Assembly: GCA_030603385.1 (NCBI GenBank)
Contig: JAUVXW010000046.1
Location: forward strand, 1-26,605
Length of the DNA stretch: 26,605 nucleotides
DNA from: Promethearchaeota archaeon
Lineage (GTDB): Archaea; Asgardarchaeota; Lokiarchaeia; Sigyniarchaeales; SOKP01
Direction: 5' to 3'
Program-made: the position numbers and the translations under genes
Notes under the pieces: model-generated
Database searches by the model: none
Seen by the model: the letters and a program-made list of their open reading frames with translations, nothing else
Told to the model about the DNA's origin: nothing
Shown: one piece after another, positions 20,149 through 26,605 of the stretch
Position numbering within the stretch: position 1 is the first letter of the stretch
Layout of the letters: the number at the start of each line of letters is the position of its first letter

Positions 20149-21009
20149 TCATAGGTTTAATAATTTAGCAGCATTTAAACCTAAAATTTTTTCAATCTCT
20201 TCATTAGTTAAAAAATCAATATTATCAAAATAATTCACAGCTATTTCTGTCATTTCAGGGCTATTACCATCTGAACCATAAAGGATTTTATGCACTCCTA
20301 TAATTTCATTTGCTCGAATTAGTAAATCTTTTAAACGAGATGGCATCATATAAGCCAAGTTACTTATGTCTAAGTATATATTAGGATATTGAGCTGCCAA
20401 TGCAATAGCGATATCAGTGAAAGGATATCCCATATGGGTGATTACGATTTTGGCTTTAGGGAATGAACTAGCAAATTCGTCAATATAAATTGGATTTGAG
20501 TAGGTTAATACGTTTCTTCTAGTTCCGGGAGGAGGATAACCGCAATGCATTACGATGGGAATCTTGAATTTTTGAGCAGCCTCTAATACGGGATAGATTA
20601 ATTGATCATTCAGCCTTTTTTTTCTGAATGTAAGCATTATTTTAAATCCTTTATAACCTTCCTCAACAATTGCTTTTCTTATTTCCTCTTTAGCATCAAT
20701 AGTGTCATCAGCTTTTTCAGGAGGATTATAGAAAGGAATGAAAATTTCAGGAGCATACTCAACCCATTTTTTAACTTCTTGATTCTCCTTCATATTTACG
20801 GGTAATAACACTACTTTATCAATGTTCGCGCTCTTAAAATGAAATATTGCTTTTTCCATTATATTAGAAGTCTCGATGGATTTTATTTTTTCAAGTTTCC
20901 TTTCCATTCTTTCATAAAATCCGTATCCTTTAAAAATTATTGAACCAGCTTCTAACATTTTTCTTGTGTTCATCGGTTGAAAAAGATGACAATGAAAATC
21001 GATTCTCAA
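20149..21009 (-). CDS. Amidohydrolase family protein (Amidohydro_2)
   Basis: IDFHCH, GFK, MHCG, THMGYP, NIYLDIS and LYGSD motifs. Confidence 0.88.
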   Translation of the reverse strand: MRIDFHCHLFQPMNTRKMLEAGSIIFKGYGFYERMERKLEKIKSIETSNIMEKAIFHFKSANIDKVVLLPVNMKENQEVKKWVEYAPEIFIPFYNPPEKADDTIDAKEEIRKAIVEEGYKGFKIMLTFRKKRLNDQLIYPVLEAAQKFKIPIVMHCGYPPPGTRRNVLTYSNPIYIDEFASSFPKAKIVITHMGYPFTDIAIALAAQYPNIYLDISNLAYMMPSRLKDLLIRANEIIGVHKILYGSDGNSPEMTEIAVNYFDNIDFLTNEEIEKILGLNAAKLLNL

Positions 21010-21112
21010 ATTCTCTCACTAAATTAGCTATTTAAATTATGATTAAACTCATGATTAATTTAATTAGAATATTATGAAAAACAAATTTGAATAAAGATAA
21101 TTTAGGTAATAT

Positions 21113-21574
21113 TTAATCCCTGAAGACAGTTCTAATACGATCTTCTATATTTAATCTTAGATCACCGAGGATTTCATCAACTAGGGGCTCAAATTTTTTA
21201 AAAAACTTGGGTGCTTTCGTAAAAATATCGTTAAGGGTATATTGTTTGAGAAAACGAGAAACTATTTGCTGTAAATGCTGTTTTACAAAATCATGATTTG
21301 TTCCTTTTTCAATAATAGCAAATGTTAATAATGGTTGAGGATTATTAATTTCTTTAGTTGTTATTTGAACTATTTCATAATAACAGATAATTTCGAAACT
21401 CGAAAGTGATATTACGTTAATCTCATCACCAAATACCTCACTAATGAAATCTTCTATTCCATTTAAAAATCGGTCACGTATATTATGATCTAAAATATTG
21501 TCAGAAGATGAATAATACTGGATCTCAACTAAATTTCTCATACCTAATTTAATCCCGATTTCTAAAACAGCCAT
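21113..21574 (-). CDS. Small Asgard longin-like domain protein
   Basis: FLNGIEDFISEVFG...FAII...VKQHLQQIVSRFLKQY...FKKFEPLVDEIL pattern resembles stand-alone longin-like proteins. Confidence 0.55.
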   Translation of the reverse strand: MAVLEIGIKLGMRNLVEIQYYSSSDNILDHNIRDRFLNGIEDFISEVFGDEINVISLSSFEIICYYEIVQITTKEINNPQPLLTFAIIEKGTNHDFVKQHLQQIVSRFLKQYTLNDIFTKAPKFFKKFEPLVDEILGDLRLNIEDRIRTVFRD

Positions 21575-21632
21575 TTCTCAAGATATAAAGTACAAATTTA
21601 ATTTCTCTATTACATTAATTGTGAGATCTTAA

Positions 21633-22379
21633 TTAACTCGCAGCGTAGAAGGGAAGAGTCGAGAGTTTATTCTGTATAGTTTTAAATGGATGCAAAACCA
21701 TTTTTTTGGTGAGTTCCAATGCATCCTTAGTATCTGAGTAAATGCTATAACATTCCATCGCCTCTCCAAACACAGCTTTTAACATTGCCTTCTTATTAAG
21801 GAGAGCATCCTTTGCGACATCTTTAGGCATATTACTCATTGTTTCTTTAAAAACTTTCTCTATAGCTGTTTTAACCTTCATTTTGGGCTTATCCTGTAGT
21901 TTTTTAACTACGCAATCCATATAGCCTTTATATTCACTTACATAATTAAACGTGTTTTCAACATAATCAACAACTTTTTGAGCGTCAATTTTATTCACAT
22001 CAAAACTTTGAAATACCTCTTCAATCCTTTCTTTCGCTTTTTCTACAAGTCCATCTTTAATTTCTTTAATTAGAACATCGACTGAACCGCCACTAGATAA
22101 AACTTCATTAGCCTTCTGTTCTAATCTTGAGAGTAGATTTTTTTCAATTTCTATTGGTGAAGATTGAGTGCTTTCATGAATCTCTTTTATTGCTTCGACT
22201 TGTTCCGAATCATATTTATTCACTATAAGATCTTCTGCAATTTCTTGCTGTAATTGATCTTCTTGTTGTTCTCCTGCCATGCATGAAGGACAAATTCCGT
22301 TATATGTATGTACCTCACCTATGTAGAGTGCAGTATTATATACCTTCTTACATTTCTCACAATGATTATATTTTACCAT
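21633..22379 (-). CDS. Hypothetical protein with N-terminal CxxC...CxxC zinc ribbon and helical body
   Basis: CEKC...CPSC followed by Q/E/K-rich predicted helices; no family recognised. Confidence 0.7.
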   Translation of the reverse strand: MVKYNHCEKCKKVYNTALYIGEVHTYNGICPSCMAGEQQEDQLQQEIAEDLIVNKYDSEQVEAIKEIHESTQSSPIEIEKNLLSRLEQKANEVLSSGGSVDVLIKEIKDGLVEKAKERIEEVFQSFDVNKIDAQKVVDYVENTFNYVSEYKGYMDCVVKKLQDKPKMKVKTAIEKVFKETMSNMPKDVAKDALLNKKAMLKAVFGEAMECYSIYSDTKDALELTKKMVLHPFKTIQNKLSTLPFYAAS

Positions 22380-22596
22380 AAATAATTCATACCTTGCTTT
22401 TTTTAAACAGAGCTCTTTTGTATTTACATCATTTGTTTAAATTTTCATTTCCCAAAAGAAAAATTCACATTTTTTTCTTTTAATCTTTCATAAGTTCATG
22501 TTTGTATTTTAACTAGTTTAATAGTATGATTAACTTAATATATATACTTTTTTACATCAATTCAGCTATATAAGCATTTAACCAATTAAGGGTTCT

Positions 22597-22618
22597 GAAA
22601 TCAGACTCTGAATTTACC
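22597..22618. repeat. 22-bp dispersed direct repeat, copy 1 (candidate recombination site)
   Basis: GAAATCAGACTCTGAATTTACC with palindromic core TCAGA-C-TCTGA. Confidence 0.97.
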
Positions 22619-22740
22619 TTTTCATCCCAAATTTCACTCAATTTCAACGAAATACATAGTTATGGGGAACCAAAATGGTTTTAACATATATATTTTAATG
22701 GTAAAGAGTTCTTCATCATTTTTATTAGAAAAATTATATG

Positions 22741-22784
22741 AAAAAGTAAGATTAAAAATAAAAAAGTAAGATTTATATTCTTAC
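22741..22784 (+). promoter_or_regulatory. Putative vapBC promoter/operator
   Basis: AAAAAGTAAGATT twice (22741, 22761); inverted repeat GTAAGA (22766-71) / TCTTAC (22779-84) flanks TATA-like TTTATAT (22772-78) about 32 nt before the antitoxin ATG. Confidence 0.6.
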
Positions 22785-22809
22785 ATCACTATTTTCTAAT
22801 TGAGAAGAA

Positions 22810-23049
22810 ATGGAAATAAAATATTGCAAAATATCAACAAAAGGACAGCTTACGATCCCTAAGGATTTTAGAGAAAAGCTTAAGCTTCATGAAGGGGATG
22901 AAGTAATCTTATACATTCAAGATGATGGTATAATAATCAAACCAAAAATAGTTCACTTAGGAATGCTTAGGGGCTTATTAAGAGATGAAATCGTCTTAGA
23001 CAAGGCAATTGATTTTATTCAATCCGAGAGGAAAAAATGGAGGATTTGA
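22810..23049 (+). CDS. vapB: AbrB/MazE/SpoVT-family antitoxin
   Basis: KISTKGQLTIPKDFREKLKLHEGDEV swapped-hairpin signature directly upstream of a PIN gene. Confidence 0.9.
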   Translation: MEIKYCKISTKGQLTIPKDFREKLKLHEGDEVILYIQDDGIIIKPKIVHLGMLRGLLRDEIVLDKAIDFIQSERKKWRI

Positions 23050-23050
23050 G

Positions 23051-23455
23051 TTGAAATCTTATATTGTTGATGCAGTGGCTTTCTTGGCTTTCTTAGCAGA
23101 TCAACTTCCTACAAAAGCAAACGATATATTTAAAAAAGCAGAGGAAAAACAAGCAAAACTCTTATTGCCTTCAATTGCTCTAGGAGAAATGCTCTATACA
23201 ATTTACAAAGGAAAGGATATCTTCGGAAAAAATGTACCTTTAGATAAAATTGATTTTCTATTTTTAATCTTAGAAGAGGGAGACATCCTGGAACTGGTTG
23301 ATTTAGACGTGAGAGCATGGCGTATATTTAATGGATTAACCATCCCTGAACTCCATGATAGGATGATAGTCACTTCTTTTATCTATCATAAAGCAACGGC
23401 AATCTTAACTAACGATGCTGAAATCGCAGAAGCAGTGCCAATAATTTGGGATTGA
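23051..23455 (+). CDS. vapC: PIN-domain toxin
   Basis: YIVDA, IALGE, ELHDRMI and ILTND acidic PIN motifs. Start placed at TTG 23051, 1 nt after the antitoxin stop. Confidence 0.88.
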   Translation: MKSYIVDAVAFLAFLADQLPTKANDIFKKAEEKQAKLLLPSIALGEMLYTIYKGKDIFGKNVPLDKIDFLFLILEEGDILELVDLDVRAWRIFNGLTIPELHDRMIVTSFIYHKATAILTNDAEIAEAVPIIWD

Positions 23456-23484
23456 GGAAATTTTTTTATTAAATTTTTCAAAGG

Positions 23485-23516
23485 AATTTTCATTGAAATC
23501 AGACTCTGAATTTACC
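23485..23516. repeat. Dispersed direct repeat, copy 2 (22-bp core 23495-23516 plus 10-bp left extension)
   Basis: AATTTTCATT-GAAATCAGACTCTGAATTTACC. Confidence 0.97.
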
Positions 23517-23601
23517 TTTCCATTCCAATTTCAAATGAATTTGGGACAAAATTTAAAAAGGCTCGAACCTTGTGTCTCTTAAAAAAAATAGAAATTAAAA
23601 A

Positions 23602-24000
23602 TTAGTCTAGATTTTCACCCAAGGCAGCCTTAGCTTTTTCTAAGTTGGTTACCCCGATTATAAGTCTGTTAAGCCCAGCAAAATAGATTAAATCAATATT
23701 AACACCAGCATTACCTATTTTTCGAGCTATTTTCCCACCTGTCCCTGGCTGTCCTAAGATATTTGTCCCTGGCTGTCCTGTCAGAACCAGTACTTCACGT
23801 ACAGCACTAACTTGATAACCAGCTTGTTCGAGTATGGAACGAGTCTTGGTCTCATCTTCTACTAAAATATGTATAAAGAATTCATCTTTTAAAGGAAATC
23901 CACATACTCCTTCCATATTGATACCATTTCTCCCAAGAGTCTCCCCCAGGTCTGCAAGCTTACCTGGAACGTTTTTCAAAATAACAGTTAAATCTATCAT
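23602..24000 (-). CDS. ACT-domain protein (two ACT repeats)
   Basis: LKNVPGKLADLGETLGRNGINM and QPGTGGKIARKIGNAGVNIDLIY. Confidence 0.88.
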   Translation of the reverse strand: MIDLTVILKNVPGKLADLGETLGRNGINMEGVCGFPLKDEFFIHILVEDETKTRSILEQAGYQVSAVREVLVLTGQPGTNILGQPGTGGKIARKIGNAGVNIDLIYFAGLNRLIIGVTNLEKAKAALGENLD

Positions 24001-24092
24001 TTTTTTCTCCTATTTTTGTTAACTTTTATTAATTTAAACCTTATTTCGAGACTACTAGATTTCTTCATTTTTAAATATTATCTAATGAAACT

Positions 24093-24190
24093 TCAATCAC
24101 TAATTAGCTCTTCAAATTCTTTTAAACCTCTAATATTATCAAATCTTTCATCTAAAATCGCCCGTTCAATATAACTTCTTTTTTAACTTT
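24093..24190 (-). pseudogene. 3' remnant of a probable TPR-protein gene
   Basis: 24179-24093 reads RSYIERAILDERFDNIRGLKEFEELISD-stop, resembling the TPR C-terminal capping motif (Y...A..D..FD.IR....F..LI); no in-frame start. Confidence 0.5.
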
Positions 24191-24224
24191 TTCGAAACAT
24201 ATTTTTTGTTTAGTCTTTTCATAG

Positions 24225-24256
24225 AATTTTCATCGAAATCAGACTCTGAATTTACC
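24225..24256. repeat. Dispersed direct repeat, copy 3 (core 24235-24256)
   Basis: AATTTTCATC-GAAATCAGACTCTGAATTTACC, 31/32 identical to copies 2 and 4. Confidence 0.97.
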
Positions 24257-24377
24257 ATTCGGGAATCTTAAACATATATTCTCATTAAAATACTTTGAAT
24301 TTAAATATCGAATCTCGGATATTCTTATGTTATAATCAAAATTATCAGAAGATTCGATTGAAACACATTACCTAAAT

Positions 24378-24614
24378 ATGTTTGTTTATTTTTCAGAATT
24401 TGATTTCAGTGAAATTTTTGAACCTCTAATCCCTTTTCTAAATGGATTTAACAACTTCTTTTATATGCTCTTCAAAAATGCAAATTATTTGTTCTTTTTT
24501 CTCTTTCTAATTATGAGTGTCCTTTTATTGATAAATGCAAGAGAAAGAGAATATGATGAAAAAGTTCATGGAAAAGAAGAATTGGTGAAAAAGCGTGGAA
24601 GAATATTTTCTTAA
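24378..24614 (+). CDS. Small membrane protein, possibly a 3'-truncated gene
   Basis: 78 aa: one TM helix and a charged loop ending KKRGRIFS-stop where another TM helix might be expected. Confidence 0.5.
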   Translation: MFVYFSEFDFSEIFEPLIPFLNGFNNFFYMLFKNANYLFFFLFLIMSVLLLINAREREYDEKVHGKEELVKKRGRIFS

Positions 24615-24791
24615 TGACAAAATTGCTTACACCCTGGATTTTTGTCTTTTAGTATAGGTACACTCTAATTTACTCCTCCCCCTATTGTATTTACGACCTT
24701 GTACTTAGGTCTCGTTGGCAGGAGCCACTTTTTAAATTATAAAAGTTTAAAATTCATGTATTATTTGAGAAATACTATAGAGGTTCGAAAA

Positions 24792-26201
24792 ATGACGAAT
24801 AACCTGACTAAATCAAAACATGATGACTTAGAGAAAGATTGGAAAAAGATCGCATTTGCAAGATTGTTTTTTATTTTATTTTCGAGTTTTTATATTATTG
24901 CTTTAATCTTGTGTTTTATTCCGGGTATTCCCGTATTCATTGTCGCTCCAATCATCATTATTACTACGGGATTCCTTTTTGTTACTATGGTGGGAGTTTC
25001 CCGCCTTCCAACAAAATCAGTAGAAGAAATTAAAAAGAGAAAATTTTTCAAATTAGGTTTTTTATTCAACTTTCTACTTTTAATTTATTTGGAATATATT
25101 TTCTTTCTTACTCTAAGCCAACATTACTATCCTGAGGCTTTTTTACTCCAACCAGTCTATTGTCTTCCTTTTATAGTTTCTTTATCTGGAACATTTCTAA
25201 AGAAAATATGGAAAAAAAGAATCATCGGATTTTATCTTGTTTGGTTATTTATAGGAGTTCCGTTTCTATTTTACGAATTTTCAATCAAAATAAATAGTAA
25301 AACGAATCCAAAATATACCTTTTGGTGTAAAGTTGACAATATACCTTCAAAACAAGAAACTATTGATATTTTTAATGAATTAGATATTGATCTTATAATT
25401 CCGGTAAATGTCGATGATTTCAATCAAACCCATAAGGATAAAATTCAAAATTTAATAGATAATGAAGTCAAAATTTATCTTAGTCTTGTTGGGTATATGG
25501 ATTTTCCTAATATTGACAACCATCAAAGTGTACTTGAAACCTATTATTATGTAAGAACTTTGGATTTTTTTAACAATTTGTCAGGATTTTATATTGACGC
25601 CGAGCCATATATGAGCACGTTTGACAAATTCATTGAATTAGAATGGTATGAGGTTATTCCATTTTTGGTAAGTAGGTTTCCTTCTATCAAAGAGATTGAA
25701 AATGCGACACTTGGATATCAAAAATTAATCAATGAAGTTCATAAAGACGATAAAACCATAGGAATTGTTAAAAATTTAGAATTTGGATGTTATATTGACA
25801 CGGCTTTTGGAAACATATATCATTTGAAATTAAATTGGGATTCGGAAATCTTTATGCATTATAGAATTTCTGCCGGCGGAGGATATAGAAGATTTACCGA
25901 TTTTGAAATGTATGATACAATTAGTTATTATGATGGCGAAGTAATGTTAGGAAGTTTTAAAAGTGGATATGAATGGAATGAAATTATTACCGACATAACA
26001 ATATGTAGCCATTTCAATGAAAAAAGAATTTATTTCTTTAGCTGGGGGGCATTTGAAGAAAAATTTGGTGTCGAAAGTTTAAGAGATCTAAAACCTTACG
26101 AATCTTATACGATTAAATACAATATGTGGGATGCAATTTGGAGATTTATTTATTATCACGGAATTGATTGGGGTAACATAATTGTTGGTTTTTTTGTATG
26201 A
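24792..26201 (+). CDS. Membrane-anchored protein: about 5 N-terminal TM helices plus putative TIM-barrel (glycoside hydrolase-like) domain
   Basis: Start at ATG 24792 (MTNNL) after a GAGGT SD; GFYIDAEPY resembles the DxE strand-4 motif of GH18-like barrels; hydrophobic C-terminus. Confidence 0.65.
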   Translation: MTNNLTKSKHDDLEKDWKKIAFARLFFILFSSFYIIALILCFIPGIPVFIVAPIIIITTGFLFVTMVGVSRLPTKSVEEIKKRKFFKLGFLFNFLLLIYLEYIFFLTLSQHYYPEAFLLQPVYCLPFIVSLSGTFLKKIWKKRIIGFYLVWLFIGVPFLFYEFSIKINSKTNPKYTFWCKVDNIPSKQETIDIFNELDIDLIIPVNVDDFNQTHKDKIQNLIDNEVKIYLSLVGYMDFPNIDNHQSVLETYYYVRTLDFFNNLSGFYIDAEPYMSTFDKFIELEWYEVIPFLVSRFPSIKEIENATLGYQKLINEVHKDDKTIGIVKNLEFGCYIDTAFGNIYHLKLNWDSEIFMHYRISAGGGYRRFTDFEMYDTISYYDGEVMLGSFKSGYEWNEIITDITICSHFNEKRIYFFSWGAFEEKFGVESLRDLKPYESYTIKYNMWDAIWRFIYYHGIDWGNIIVGFFV

Positions 26202-26294
26202 GATTTTTATATTTAATATTTTTATATCAGATTAAAATTATAATTGATTCTTAATACCTCTATAAAAAACCAGAGTTTTTGATAGCTATTTAAA

Positions 26295-26322
26295 ACATTA
26301 TAGAAACTATATTATGTTAAAT
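26295..26322 (+). other. dif-like 28-bp site (tentative)
   Basis: ACATTATAGAA-ACTATA-TTATGTTAAAT has the 11-6-11 layout, and its right arm equals the canonical XerD arm TTATGTTAAAT. Confidence 0.35.
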
Positions 26323-26368
26323 GCAATTTCATTATCACAATAATTTCGAATTTGATCTTTCTTCACTA

Positions 26369-26400
26369 AATTTTCATTGAAATCAGACTCTGAATTTACC
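26369..26400. repeat. Dispersed direct repeat, copy 4 (core 26379-26400)
   Basis: AATTTTCATT-GAAATCAGACTCTGAATTTACC, 32/32 identical to copy 2. Confidence 0.97.
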
Positions 26401-26605
26401 AATCATGTAGATCTATCGTTGGATATTATTAAAATTATTAAATAATACAAATTTAATATAAAGCAGTTTTTCAATTAATAAACTATTTTAATCAAATCTT
26501 TTAGACTAATTATTTTTTTAGCATATTTAATACCGATACTGTCGTCATATGATAATTCATTTTTAGCTGTATTTTGACGTTCAATTAAAATGGGAGATAT
26601 TTTAG

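Noticed and set aside
23555-23575. GGTTCGA on the minus strand as a tRNA T-arm remnant (att site)
   Set aside because: No acceptor, D or anticodon arms. The AAGG-TTCGAG-CCTT hairpin plus T-run just downstream of the ACT gene is better read as a terminator.
24325-24352. ATAA-N6-TTAT dif-like core near repeat copy 3
   Set aside because: The outer arms do not match Xer consensus, and such cores are frequent in AT-rich DNA.
22597-26400. CRISPR array interpretation of the four repeats (they contain ATTGAAA)
   Set aside because: Intervals are 740-2144 bp and contain genes, the ATTGAAA is internal rather than terminal, and there are no cas genes or leader in the window.
22597-26400. Repeats as transcription-factor operators
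   Set aside because: Copy 2 lies between convergent gene ends, distances to start codons are inconsistent, and 22/22 identity including non-palindromic bases in one orientation is atypical of operators.
22597-26400. Repeats as a coding motif (minus strand reads VNSESDF in all copies)
   Set aside because: The frames are short and stop-bounded, only copy 3 has an adjacent ATG, and there is no synonymous variation, which points to DNA-level conservation.
22597-26400. Classical integron attC sites
   Set aside because: No RYYYAAC...GTTRRRY ends or long imperfect hairpin, cargo is in mixed orientation, and no intI gene is in the window.
26590-26605. Possible gene start (ATG GGA GAT ATT TTA) at the window edge
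   Set aside because: Only five codons are visible, so it cannot be supported.

Overview
AT-rich archaeal chromosomal window that gene content places in Asgard archaea, most likely Lokiarchaeia/Promethearchaeota: it carries a Loki-type profilin, a Rab-like small GTPase and longin-like domain proteins. Positions 1-21600 look like resident chromosome. They hold a minus-strand corrinoid protein / MtaA-type methyltransferase / FAD oxidoreductase / HdrD-GlcF-like Fe-S operon, arginase-family, QueG-like, acyl-CoA ligase, HDAC, cyclase and amidohydrolase enzymes, and a surface-protein / membrane / MacB-like ABC cluster. The main unexplained structure is at 22597-26400. Four identical direct copies of a 22-bp sequence with a palindromic core (GAAATCAGACTCTGAATTTACC) divide the DNA into units of 898, 740 and 2144 bp. 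These units carry unrelated cargo (VapBC toxin-antitoxin; ACT protein plus a TPR-gene remnant; a truncated membrane ORF plus a membrane-anchored GH-like protein), and the flanks of the copies form an attL/attP/attR-like mosaic. This suggests an integron-like but non-attC gene-cassette array; no recombinase is visible in the window. Separately, a perfect 35-bp direct repeat (1990-2024 and 3786-3820) brackets the corrinoid/methyltransferase gene pair, and a dif-like 28-mer lies at 26295-26322. All family assignments come from motif recognition by eye, not from database searches.
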